A stretch of DNA of 64,000 nt from a virus. The DNA lies in IMG/VR virus record IMGVR_UViG_3300020054_000866, positions 1 through 64,000 of that record; one strand, given 5' to 3'. The translations under genes and the position numbers were made by a program. The notes below the pieces were generated by a model. It searched no databases and had not been told where the DNA came from. It saw only the letters and a program-made list of their open reading frames with translations. Below are positions 1 to 8,707 of this stretch, in pieces. The stretch's first letter is position 1. Every line of letters starts with the position of its first letter.

Positions 1-29
1 TCGGCGGTGGCGCTGCTCTTACTCAGACC

Positions 30-1166
30 GTGACTGCCTCATCTGATTCTCAAGGCCGTTCACTTGCGGCTGACAACTGCGGCAACGTCGTTTCAGGTCA
101 CAAAGATGGCGCTGACCTGTACTTCCAGTACTCCACGGACTCTGGATCAACGTTCAGCGCTCAGGAACTGGTGGTCACTGCCGGTGATCGGGCGAACGCT
201 TCAATCAACGAAACCAACGGCGACGTCATGTTCTTGTATGAAAAAAGCGGCGACATCTTCCTTTCCACCTATGACGGTCTTCTTACCGGCGGCTCAAATT
301 GCTACGTCGCCTCATTCTCGTTGACCGCGATTGAGTTTGATGCTGCTGGTGAGACGAATGACATTGTGATTGAGAACACCAGTGGTTCTGACATTACGGT
401 GGACAGCATTTCGATCACTGGCACGGATTTCACGATCTCAGAGGATTGTGGTGCGACAATTCCTGCTGGTGCTTCTTGTACGATTTCAGTGACTGGTGAG
501 AATCAAGCGGACGAAACGTTGACGATTTCATTGAATGGTACGGCTCGTCAGGTGCCTGTGTCGATGGGCGCGATCGCTGAGTCAACCCCGGCCCCTTCTC
601 CCGCCCCCCCCCCCCCCCCCTCACCTGCCCCCGCTCCCGCCCCATCTGAGCCAGCGGCTCCTCGAGTGCCAGGGCCTGTACCGCCATGGCCATGGGCGAC
701 TGTGATCGGCGATTCCGTATTGCTCGAGTGGGATGTTCCTTGGCAGGACGGTAACGGTCCGATCACCAACTACAGAGTTCGCAGTATCCCAGACGGCGGA
801 ACGTGCACAACTACAGAGCTTTCCTGCACAATCACAGGGCTCGCTCCCGGTGTCGAGTACACGTTCGCCGTATCGGCGCAGAACAGTGAAGGCTGGGGTC
901 CCGAAGAGTTTAGTCAGGTTGCTGTCATGGTAGGCGAGACAACAGAAACTCTTCCAGAGACCCCTGTAACAGAGCCGGTACCAGCGCCGGAGACAGAAAC
1001 ACCACAGCCAGACGAGACAGTCTCTGCACCGACGCCTGAGGCCTCTGAGCCGGCAGTGGCGCCCACGCTGCCAGTAACTGGCGGTTCTCCTCTGGGATCA
1101 ATCGCGCTGTATTCTGCGTTTGTTATCGCTGGCGCTGCAACAGTGATCGCGACTAAGAGAAGATAA
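30..1166 (+). CDS. Cell-surface protein with Ig-like domain, Pro-rich linker, FN3 domain and LPxTG sortase signal (probably 5'-truncated by the window)
   Basis: FN3 signature (LEWDVP..GNGPITNYRV..CTITGLAPGVEYTFAVSAQN..GWG). The C-terminus is LPVTG, a hydrophobic helix and KRR. Confidence 0.8.
   Translation: MTASSDSQGRSLAADNCGNVVSGHKDGADLYFQYSTDSGSTFSAQELVVTAGDRANASINETNGDVMFLYEKSGDIFLSTYDGLLTGGSNCYVASFSLTAIEFDAAGETNDIVIENTSGSDITVDSISITGTDFTISEDCGATIPAGASCTISVTGENQADETLTISLNGTARQVPVSMGAIAESTPAPSPAPPPPPSPAPAPAPSEPAAPRVPGPVPPWPWATVIGDSVLLEWDVPWQDGNGPITNYRVRSIPDGGTCTTTELSCTITGLAPGVEYTFAVSAQNSEGWGPEEFSQVAVMVGETTETLPETPVTEPVPAPETETPQPDETVSAPTPEASEPAVAPTLPVTGGSPLGSIALYSAFVIAGAATVIATKRR
604..620 (+). 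repeat. Poly-C homopolymer (17 nt) inside the Pro-rich linker
   Basis: Read directly: ccg followed by 17 C and then tca. Confidence 0.85.
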
Positions 1167-1227
1167 GTTTCAACTATTCTCGTCTAAGTCTTACATAGAT
1201 TTACACAAGCGTGTAATAATACGTCTC

Positions 1228-1716
1228 ATGTCAAGCACAGACCAAGACCGACTAGTAGAAGAGTACGCCAAGCGTATTCAGCCGATTCTCGCTTCTGCGC
1301 AGAAAGCGTACGGAAGACGCGATCAGGATACACCTGCTCACGTGAACAGCAGACAGTACACGCAGCTTCTCGTTGAGTTTACTTCTAAGGGTGGAAGTCT
1401 TCAGCGTCTTGCTAGGCGTCTTAGTGTTTCGTACTCTGGCATGCGTCGTCGAGTAACTACGTCGGACGTTCCTCCTTTGAAGACCCCTCGAAAGAGCCAG
1501 GGACAAATTGAGTACTCAACTGTCTCGAGTGCCGCTGATCGCGTGCGTAACGCAAAGAGACAAGGCACTTCCGGATATCACGCGCAGCTCTACGAGGAGT
1601 TCAATAACGGTATCCCAATGAATCTGCTTGCTCGAGAGCTCGGGATTTCAAATGCTGCGCCCTTGTACTACGGAGTGCAGTCTCACTATAAGCGTTCTCT
1701 TCATTCTGCTTCATGA
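1228..1716 (+). CDS. Putative DNA-binding protein with two HTH-like repeats
   Basis: Two similar segments: GGSLQRLARRLSVSYSGMRRR and GIPMNLLARELGISNAAPLYY. Confidence 0.6.
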   Translation: MSSTDQDRLVEEYAKRIQPILASAQKAYGRRDQDTPAHVNSRQYTQLLVEFTSKGGSLQRLARRLSVSYSGMRRRVTTSDVPPLKTPRKSQGQIEYSTVSSAADRVRNAKRQGTSGYHAQLYEEFNNGIPMNLLARELGISNAAPLYYGVQSHYKRSLHSAS

Positions 1717-1871
1717 CCCCTGAGGAGCTCGAGGACGAAGACTGCCCCTATGAGGATTCGTTAGAGTTTTTCGCTGACATCATCGATCAGGGCGCTTTTC
1801 ACGTCACGCTCACGTCACAATACCTTCGGGATCTGGCAGAGGAGATAAGATCTCTTCGGGAGAATAACTGA
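1713..1871 (+). CDS. Small acidic hypothetical protein (52 aa; not in the ORF track)
   Basis: ATGA overlap with the upstream stop; MTPEELEDEDCPYEDSLEFF...RSLRENN*. Confidence 0.55.
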   Translation: MTPEELEDEDCPYEDSLEFFADIIDQGAFHVTLTSQYLRDLAEEIRSLRENN

Positions 1872-1883
1872 AAGAGATCACGA

Positions 1884-2093
1884 ATGCGACACGAACGCTC
1901 GCTGTACACAACCGTCTATGGTGCCGTGTATGACAGAATCAGCGACAAGTACCCAGCGGATAAGAAAGTTGTAGCTGCGAAAAAGATCACAGACACCCTG
2001 TGGGAGCTTTCATACGACTGCCACAGCACGCTTGAGTCTGTGTCAATTGAAGAAGACTTTTACACTATTGCTAGCGACGTGTTGAATCTTTAG
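1884..2093 (+). CDS. Hypothetical protein
   Basis: ORF continues the + strand run after a purine-rich RBS. Confidence 0.55.
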   Translation: MRHERSLYTTVYGAVYDRISDKYPADKKVVAAKKITDTLWELSYDCHSTLESVSIEEDFYTIASDVLNL

Positions 2094-2406
2094 TCTTCTC
2101 GAGAAGCTTCTGCTCCTCAATCCCAAAGCGCCGATGAGGCTTGCTTTGTCGAATGTAGATCGCGTTTTGTCGCATGTACCCGGCTAGAAACCGATCGTCT
2201 TCGTTTTCTCCACCCCAGACACCGATTTCAGCGTTCTCTCTCGCGTACTCACGACATGGTTCAATGACGGGGCATTGGCTGCATATTTGTTTTGCAATTG
2301 TCTCGCGCTTTACTTTAGAGCGAGGTACTTCTTTTTTCGATCCCTGAGAATAGAAGTACTCTGTCATGCCGCGACATGCGGCGTCATTTATCCATTCAAA
2401 TGACAA
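2071..2406 (-). CDS. whiB: WhiB-family Fe-S transcription factor
   Basis: W..DAACRG...AKQICSQCPVIEPC...GVWGG: four Cys plus the G[VI]WGG turn. Confidence 0.92.
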   Translation of the reverse strand: MSFEWINDAACRGMTEYFYSQGSKKEVPRSKVKRETIAKQICSQCPVIEPCREYARENAEIGVWGGENEDDRFLAGYMRQNAIYIRQSKPHRRFGIEEQKLLEKTKDSTRR

Positions 2407-2420
2407 TGTTTCTCCCCGAA

Positions 2421-2446
2421 AGTTGTCAGTTGTCAGTTGTCAGTTA
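2421..2446 (-). repeat. 7-bp tandem repeat (AACTGAC x3 on the - strand) giving TGA stops in all three frames
   Basis: agttgtc agttgtc agttgtc agtta, between the membrane-protein gene and the whiB RBS. Confidence 0.8.
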
Positions 2447-2679
2447 TTCTTTTTGTCGACCTTTTGGAAGACTTCGTTGATTTCCTCAGTCGTGAGAACG
2501 CCGTCGTCCATGTAGGCTCTTGCGAGTCCCTCAACAACAAACGCGACTCCACCAATTCCGGCCATAAGCACGGCCTTGACGAGAGGGACGTCAACAATAG
2601 CTCCTGCACCGACGACACTCAATCCTGTTGCTGCAAACGTTGCGACGATTCTGAAGCTGATTTGTTTCATCATTTCCAT
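2440..2679 (-). CDS. Small two-TM membrane protein (holin-like)
   Basis: Two hydrophobic helices followed by DDGVLTTEEINEVF and a charged tail. Confidence 0.6.
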   Translation of the reverse strand: MEMMKQISFRIVATFAATGLSVVGAGAIVDVPLVKAVLMAGIGGVAFVVEGLARAYMDDGVLTTEEINEVFQKVDKKNN

Positions 2680-2736
2680 GGAAGAGTCTCCCTGTTATAG
2701 CCCTCTCCCAAGGACATGATTATTCTAAACCATGTT

Positions 2737-4788
2737 TCAGGCGTTCTCCTTGACAAACTTGATTTCACACGAATCTGTTGTACAGTAGCTTTCACCAATT
2801 GCGTCTGCTGCCATTCCTCCGTACACTCCCGTGAAGTCAATCGGGAACAGCGCCTTTGACGCCTCGAGATACTCGTTCTCGTCAATCTGCGTGTATGGCA
2901 TCTGCGGATACACGAAGTTCCCCTGTGGGAGGAATGAGACGGTCTTGAGTTGTCCGTCATACATGTGAAGCACTGTTCCGATTTGGTCCTTTTCTTCTTC
3001 GGCGTCGAATGAAATTGTCACTGACACCGAGTTATCCGACCAGTATCTTTGAGCAGTCGACGCGAGAGACATCTTCTCGAAGATCGTGACGTCCTTCTCT
3101 GATCTCGTGGCATCTGATTTGATCGGAAAGAACACAACCGATGTCGTGTCTGGTGATTCTGACGCCGGCTCGACTCTGTAGTTCGCCATGCGAAACAGTG
3201 GGAGCATCGGATCGTCGTTTGAGAAGCGAATCGCTCTCAAGAAGAATTTGCCACCCGGCGTCCAGTGAACACCGGGTGACTCGCCGGCGAGAATTGACAC
3301 AGTCCCAGACGGCTTAACAGTCGTTGTCTTAATCGACTCACGAACACCAAGCCATTCGGAATAGATGTTGTCGTAATTCTTCACCGTGGCGTATCCTTGG
3401 TCCATCCAGTCACGTAGAACTGGCAGACCATGCACGTCTGCGAAGTTTGCAACGCCAGACATCGATGTTCCGATCCGTCTGTTTCGTTGCATGATTGCGT
3501 TTGTCTCCTCCCAGTGAGTCGGAAGAAGAGTAACGGTCTTAGCGTACAGGTACGCGAACTTGAGAGTGCGTCGGTAGTCCTCGAGTGACTCGTGACGGTT
3601 GAGATATGTCTCGACGAGCGTGCACATCTCGTATGACTCAAGTGACTGCTCGGCGCACGGATTGTAACCAGCGACCCTGTGATCCTTATTGTTCGGCGGG
3701 TCAATGAGACGCCCATACTTGCGGCTCATATCCAGCCAGATCACGCCAGGCTCGCCGTTCAGTGAGATGCCGTCTACAATACTTGACAGGTCTTCTCCAA
3801 CGGACGTAGCGACGGAGTTGTTAGACATCCAGCCCCAGCCTGGCGCCTTCGGATCATACGAGTTTCTTTCTGGATACACCTCAGAGTTCTTCAGGTTAAG
3901 GAAGTTCTCATCATCAAGTCGACCAAGAAGAAGCTCAGCAGAGCGACGAACGTTTCCAGAGACAACGCAAACTCCAATGAGATTTCCGATGTCGGCGATA
4001 TCGGTCCGTGTTAGTGACTCTCCATCACGACCGTCGAAGAGCTTACGAATATGATCGTGAAGCTTCTCGAGAGGCTGATGCCCAGCGGCTGTTCCACCGA
4101 ATGTGCGAATTGGCTCGCCTGCGGGGCGAACGAGCGAGTAGTCAAACGTGATCGTGTTTTGATCAGCCTTGAGGTACGAGTTGAGCAGAAGCGTCATTGA
4201 CTCGACCCAACCTTCACGAGTGTCTGGCACCTCGTACTCGTAGTAGTTGTCGCTTGGCTTGTAGATCGTGAATTCCTTGTCAGCGCCTAGGTCATCGAAT
4301 CCGACGCCAACGCCGAGCATCGATGCCTCCATAAGAAACGCAAAAGGCTTCGCTGGATTGTTCTTGCTCATCTCAGCAGTCGAGACAAACGCGCAGTTCT
4401 GAAGCGCGGCCGAGTTACGATGCTCGTTGACAAGTGGCGTGCCCATGACCCAAAGCCCACGACCAGGTGGCGTCCACTTTAGATTGAAAAGACGATCGTA
4501 CGCTTCCTTAGCACTTGCCTGCGCCTTGCTGTCGTTCCACGGCAGACGGTTTGTCTTGCAATGGTCTTTTTGAAGCGAGTACATCCCGTTGATGCAGCGT
4601 TCGCAGACGTCAGCCCATGTCTCCTTCGTGCCGTCTTCCTTAAGACGCGAATATGTGCGAAGGAATGTGATTTCTCCGACGGAATTTCCCGCGGCGTCGG
4701 TGTACCCAAACGGCGGCTTCTTATCTCTGTACTCAGCTACAAAGTCGTCAGAAAGATGAAAAGAGAGATAAGAAGACACAGCGATCAC
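2737..4788 (-). CDS. nrdJ: Class II (adenosylcobalamin-dependent, monomeric RTPR-type) ribonucleotide reductase
   Basis: Motifs RTYSR, PPGRGLW, NCAF, GNVRRSA, NPCAEQ, TTVKPSGTVS and C-terminal CTTDSC. Confidence 0.95.
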   Translation of the reverse strand: MIAVSSYLSFHLSDDFVAEYRDKKPPFGYTDAAGNSVGEITFLRTYSRLKEDGTKETWADVCERCINGMYSLQKDHCKTNRLPWNDSKAQASAKEAYDRLFNLKWTPPGRGLWVMGTPLVNEHRNSAALQNCAFVSTAEMSKNNPAKPFAFLMEASMLGVGVGFDDLGADKEFTIYKPSDNYYEYEVPDTREGWVESMTLLLNSYLKADQNTITFDYSLVRPAGEPIRTFGGTAAGHQPLEKLHDHIRKLFDGRDGESLTRTDIADIGNLIGVCVVSGNVRRSAELLLGRLDDENFLNLKNSEVYPERNSYDPKAPGWGWMSNNSVATSVGEDLSSIVDGISLNGEPGVIWLDMSRKYGRLIDPPNNKDHRVAGYNPCAEQSLESYEMCTLVETYLNRHESLEDYRRTLKFAYLYAKTVTLLPTHWEETNAIMQRNRRIGTSMSGVANFADVHGLPVLRDWMDQGYATVKNYDNIYSEWLGVRESIKTTTVKPSGTVSILAGESPGVHWTPGGKFFLRAIRFSNDDPMLPLFRMANYRVEPASESPDTTSVVFFPIKSDATRSEKDVTIFEKMSLASTAQRYWSDNSVSVTISFDAEEEKDQIGTVLHMYDGQLKTVSFLPQGNFVYPQMPYTQIDENEYLEASKALFPIDFTGVYGGMAADAIGESYCTTDSCEIKFVKENA

Positions 4789-4842
4789 CCCGCGGATGTA
4801 GTTGATTGGTATAGGAATTATAGCTCAAGTAGGCTGCTTCTA

Positions 4843-5085
4843 CTAAGACAGAAAAAGCGTCTTGTAGAGCTCGGCGCATCTCGGGCAGATCGGAAAGTTG
4901 TCGGGATCCCTGGACGGTACCCAGATCTTTCCACAGAGCGCTACAATCGGAAGACCATTCACAAGTGCTTCTGTGATTTGATCCTTCTGAGCGTAGTGCG
5001 CGAACTTATCGTGGTCGCCCTCTTCGTATTCGTATTCAACAATAGGGACGCTCTCTAATTCGACTTCTAGTTCTACTTCTGACAT
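4843..5085 (-). CDS. DUF3039-like actinobacterial Zn-binding protein (start probably MSEVELE)
   Basis: GDHDKFAHY...G.PIVALCGKIWVPSRDP..FPICPRC.ELY. Confidence 0.85.
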   Translation of the reverse strand: MSEVELEVELESVPIVEYEYEEGDHDKFAHYAQKDQITEALVNGLPIVALCGKIWVPSRDPDNFPICPRCAELYKTLFLS

Positions 5086-5873
5086 GTCGAACACCAGTAC
5101 AGTTTGCGGCCGTCTACGTCGCCGATTTGCACCTCGCTGGAGCAGACCCTGCACGGTAGCCCATGTCTTTTGTAGACGTAAGAGTATTGAGTGTACTTAG
5201 AATCTGAAAGCTCTTCGTTGCTCAGATGATTGACGTGCACGGTGCGAATCATCCCGTCTGTCGCTCCGTCTCCCATCAGCACTGATGCTCTTTCCCAGAT
5301 GTTTTCAATCGTCTTCTCCGGCACATCGCATCCTCGAGTCTCTGGATTCAGATTCTCAAGAAAGAGAAGCTCGGCTCGGTAGACGTTTCCGATGCCAGCG
5401 ATGATCGACTGATTCATTAATAGTGACGCGATGCTTTTCTTGCTCGAGCGGATCTTATCGACAACCGCCTGAGACATCGGCTCGTCGTGAAGTGGATCGT
5501 CTCCAAGCTTTGCAGTTTTCTCCAACATCTGCTCCGTTGTCAGATACTCGCATTTCGTCGGGCCAACGAGCTCTGATACAAAGATTTCGTTTTCTAAGCG
5601 AAGTCTCGCAGACGGTCGCGGCTGCCCGCCTCGGTTTCTACGAATGTTGAACCACCCGTAGAGGCCGAGGTGAATGTGAACAATCTCGTCACGTTCTTCG
5701 AAGTGGAAGAACAGGTGCTTGCCGTGCGTCGTAGTACCGAGAAGTGTTCTTCCGTTGATGGACGCCGCGCCGTCTGCGAATCTGCCTTGCGGGCTCGTCG
5801 CTACCACCGGCAGTCCTTGAAAACAGTTTTCATGGACGTTGGCGAAATAGCGAATCGAGTGTCCCTCCGGCAT
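5073..5873 (-). CDS. nei: Fpg/Nei-family DNA glycosylase (endonuclease VIII-like)
   Basis: N-terminal MPEG, GKHLF, HLGLYG, H2TH motif LLMNQSIIAGIGNVYRAELLF and a CxxC...CxxCQ zinc finger. Confidence 0.93.
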   Translation of the reverse strand: MPEGHSIRYFANVHENCFQGLPVVATSPQGRFADGAASINGRTLLGTTTHGKHLFFHFEERDEIVHIHLGLYGWFNIRRNRGGQPRPSARLRLENEIFVSELVGPTKCEYLTTEQMLEKTAKLGDDPLHDEPMSQAVVDKIRSSKKSIASLLMNQSIIAGIGNVYRAELLFLENLNPETRGCDVPEKTIENIWERASVLMGDGATDGMIRTVHVNHLSNEELSDSKYTQYSYVYKRHGLPCRVCSSEVQIGDVDGRKLYWCSTCQK

Positions 5874-5880
5874 TGATGCG

Positions 5881-5886
5881 ACTATA
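5881..5886 (-). promoter_or_regulatory. -10 element (TATAGT) 7 nt upstream of the nei ATG, leaderless promoter
   Basis: TANNNT-N7-ATG with no SD sequence. Confidence 0.6.
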
Positions 5887-6054
5887 CACTAAGAACGCGC
5901 GAAAGTTACGACCGACCCGTACATCTTTAAGTATTTTTCACTCTCAGTAGCCACTCAGCCGAGTAGCTCTCAGATGTACTTATTTGGTGAATGACACCCA
6001 GAAGAATAGACTATAATGATATTTAGAGCTCTACGTCTGAGAGGTGACGCCCAC

Positions 6055-6291
6055 ATGGACAACTATAAAGACAAAACCATGTACATCCTTGCAATTGGCG
6101 TGATGTTGGCGATTCTTGTCGCCATCGTTGGAGATTACGCAGTTGCCGCGATCGAGACTCAAACAACCGAAGAAGCTGTTGAGGTTTCATCGGACGTTAT
6201 GACGCTTGTTCAAACCGCCCTAGGTGGCGTCATTGGTATCCTCGGAGGATACTTTGGTGCTAAGGGCTCGTCTAAGAAAGAAGAAGAGTGA
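6055..6291 (+). CDS. Two-TM membrane protein, holin candidate
   Basis: Two hydrophobic segments; overlaps the endolysin start; RBS gaggtg before the ATG at 6055. Confidence 0.6.
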   Translation: MDNYKDKTMYILAIGVMLAILVAIVGDYAVAAIETQTTEEAVEVSSDVMTLVQTALGGVIGILGGYFGAKGSSKKEEE

Positions 6292-7334
6292 TGGCCCGCC
6301 CATACACAGGATTTGACGTAATTGCCGGTGGAAAGCGCGCTGGCATGGAGACACTTCTTAGTCTCTTAAGCGCGCACTTTGGTCTTTGGAATAACGGCAG
6401 TTTTGGTGTTCGTAAGAAGAGAGGCAAGTCCTCGTATTCAGTGCATGCGACTGGCCGCGCGGCCGATCTTTCTTGGAGAGGTGCTCCGTATCGCGGGCCC
6501 GGCAACTACGAGGCCGCCTGTAAGATGATGGACTTTGTTGTCGCCCACGCCGATGCTCTTCACATCGAGGCGGTGTTTGACTACTACCCAGCGCCCCACG
6601 GCCGCGGATGGAAGTGTGACCGTGCCGCGTGGCAGGTCTATGACAAGCCCGCGTTCAGCGGCGCTCCTGGCGGCGACTGGGTGCACATTGAAATCTCGAA
6701 TGACAAGGCAGATGACCCGGCCTATTACACTGAGATCATGCGGCAGCTTCTCGGCGAGCCACCTGTTGCTGTAAAGCCCGCCCCGGCGGCTAAGACACGT
6801 AAGGCGCCTCCCGGCAAGAAGCCGTGGCTCCAGGTTGGATCAAAGGGCAACGAGGTTAAGGCCATGCAGAAGATCGTTGGCGCTGAGCCAGTCGATGGTA
6901 GCTTCGGGGCGAAGACTGAGGCGAAGGTCAAGGAGTGGCAGGCCGAGCACGATCAACACGTTGACGGTATCTGGGGTCCCGGTTCTGACAAGCACGCTAA
7001 GAATTGCACCTGCAAGCCCGCTGACGCAAAGGCCGAAGACGCTACTCCCGCGAAGGTCACGACCAAGAAGGCTGCTACTAAGCCCGCTAAGAAGCCCGCG
7101 GCTACTGCTACTGCTACTGCCACAAAGGCCTCTCGACCATACCCGGGCGCCCCAATTCGCAAAGGCTCAACTGGTCCGAACGTGAAACTTGTTCAAGGAG
7201 TTGTTGGCACAGAGCTCGTCGACGGTCAGTTCGGTAGCAAGACGCTCGCGGCTGTTAAGAAATGGCAGAGCGAAAACGGGCAGTTGGCTGACGGAATCGT
7301 TGGTCCCAAGACTTGGGCGGCGATGTTCGGCTGA
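6288..7334 (+). CDS. Endolysin: M15/LAS-type Zn peptidase plus two peptidoglycan-binding (PG_binding_1-like) domains
   Basis: HATGRAADL...WVHIE, then two GS.G..VK..Q......DG.FG.KT...VK.WQ....L.DGI.GP repeats joined by a K/A-rich linker. Confidence 0.85.
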   Translation: MMARPYTGFDVIAGGKRAGMETLLSLLSAHFGLWNNGSFGVRKKRGKSSYSVHATGRAADLSWRGAPYRGPGNYEAACKMMDFVVAHADALHIEAVFDYYPAPHGRGWKCDRAAWQVYDKPAFSGAPGGDWVHIEISNDKADDPAYYTEIMRQLLGEPPVAVKPAPAAKTRKAPPGKKPWLQVGSKGNEVKAMQKIVGAEPVDGSFGAKTEAKVKEWQAEHDQHVDGIWGPGSDKHAKNCTCKPADAKAEDATPAKVTTKKAATKPAKKPAATATATATKASRPYPGAPIRKGSTGPNVKLVQGVVGTELVDGQFGSKTLAAVKKWQSENGQLADGIVGPKTWAAMFG

Positions 7335-7372
7335 CGCCAGCATCTTCTCTCCACAAAGATAAAGGTGCAGCC

Positions 7373-7573
7373 ATGGAAGCAGTTATTGTAGCCCTAATAA
7401 CAGTGGTTGGTGGAGTTCTTGTAGCTCTCATTCAAAAGACAAGAAATGAAAATACAAGAGATCACGCCATTGTAGCAAAGTCTTTGGATAGAATAGAAGA
7501 CAAGATCGACCATCACATAGTTGATCATGCGACAGGTAAGTTCTCCTCAAAAGGAAAAGAAAAGGCAACCTGA
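7373..7573 (+). CDS. Small single-TM lysis-cassette membrane protein
   Basis: MEAVIVALITVVGGVLVALI followed by a coiled coil (LDRIEDKIDHHI..H), directly after the endolysin. Confidence 0.65.
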   Translation: MEAVIVALITVVGGVLVALIQKTRNENTRDHAIVAKSLDRIEDKIDHHIVDHATGKFSSKGKEKAT

Positions 7574-7575
7574 CA

Positions 7576-7779
7576 TTGGGCAAGCAGAAGAAGGCTAAGG
7601 CCGCTACTGGCACACGAACCCGAGTAAATCCGCTCACTGGTCAAGTCGAGCAGGTCACTGGCACTAAGGCCGGGAGAAAACGTCAACGACTCCCGCTAGA
7701 TCATCCCCTGCGTACACACGTTGTCGCCGAAAAGAAAGGCAAGAAACGGTCTAAGCCGTTGTTCGACGACGACGAGTAA
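7576..7779 (+). CDS. Small highly basic protein
   Basis: K/R-rich 67 aa ORF in line with the lysis cassette. Confidence 0.55.
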   Translation: MGKQKKAKAATGTRTRVNPLTGQVEQVTGTKAGRKRQRLPLDHPLRTHVVAEKKGKKRSKPLFDDDE

Positions 7780-7808
7780 GGTCTAGTGACGTACGACACA
7801 CTGTAACC

Positions 7809-7943
7809 CGCGTTAGAGAAGGAGGTTTCTTATCAAGCGACGAGGTAAGCAGAGTGAGCGTAGCGTCACCTAACAAGGCCTAACGCTACCTTAGGGGGAT
7901 GGTCCCGCCGTTTCGGAGGTGAGCGGCGGGCATCTCCCTCTTT
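7809..7943 (+). ncRNA. Candidate three-hairpin structured RNA or terminator with GGAGGU loops
   Basis: Hairpins gagaa[ggaggt]ttctt, gtagcgt..acgctac and gggggatg..cccgccgtttc[ggaggt]gagcggcggg.catctccc followed by tcttt. G-U pairs favour the + strand. Confidence 0.45.
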
Positions 7944-7952
7944 AGAGGCAGA

Positions 7953-8591
7953 TTACTTTGAAAAGCCCCACGGCGACCAGCCAGAGTTGTTGCGGATCGC
8001 CAATGCGGCGCGAAGATTTGTCTCGGCGTCATACAACTCGTCGCAATGATCAAGAACCCCTTGCGCTTGTAGCCAGCCGCCAGGCCAGTAGCGGGTTGGC
8101 TTGCACCAGAACTGGTTGATCTGCGTCAGCCCATTGCTACCGCCCATAGGGTCATCGGGGTTGTGCTGCTCGGGGCGGCAACGTGACTCGCGGTATATAG
8201 TATAAGACAGCTTGGGAAGCTGATCTTCTGACCACCCGACCTCTCGGGCCAGATCCATCCACTCGTCGCATCTCCAGTCTGGAGAATTTGATCTGTACGG
8301 CGGTAGAGGATCTGGCTCCCACGCTGGCATTTGCTGGCGACGTTCATCCCCATATGACATAGGTGGTCGAATCTCAACCGAGCGCACAGGTGTAGGCGCT
8401 TCCTCTTCCTCCGCCGCCTCATCATTCATAGGGACGCTCGGAAAATCGTGTCTCAGCAGCTTACGGTAGTCCTCGCTGTCGGCGAACTCTGCCGCCTCTC
8501 GTGCCTCGACGATTTCCTCGAGCGTAGAGATTCCGACCAGCGCGGCCGCCACTAAGCTTAGTAGAGGTAGTAGTGAACCGTTCTGTTTCAT
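7953..8591 (-). CDS. Membrane-anchored lytic transglycosylase (SLT/lysozyme-like fold)
   Basis: N-terminal hydrophobic segment; RESRC catalytic Glu, GLTQIN, and NLRAALAI...GWSPW. Confidence 0.8.
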   Translation of the reverse strand: MKQNGSLLPLLSLVAAALVGISTLEEIVEAREAAEFADSEDYRKLLRHDFPSVPMNDEAAEEEEAPTPVRSVEIRPPMSYGDERRQQMPAWEPDPLPPYRSNSPDWRCDEWMDLAREVGWSEDQLPKLSYTIYRESRCRPEQHNPDDPMGGSNGLTQINQFWCKPTRYWPGGWLQAQGVLDHCDELYDAETNLRAALAIRNNSGWSPWGFSK

Positions 8592-8707
8592 TTGGTGCTC
8601 CTCTCATCCCGGGAGAGTGTAGGGAGAAGTATGAGCTACTATACCACAAAGATTTCACTTAGATTACATCAACGACCACTTAGACGCAAAGTCCCTGGTC
8701 AGATGGC

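Noticed and set aside
7868-7879. TAACAAGG resembling the 16S rRNA 3' end
   Set aside because: The match is only about 8 nt and the flanks do not match rRNA.
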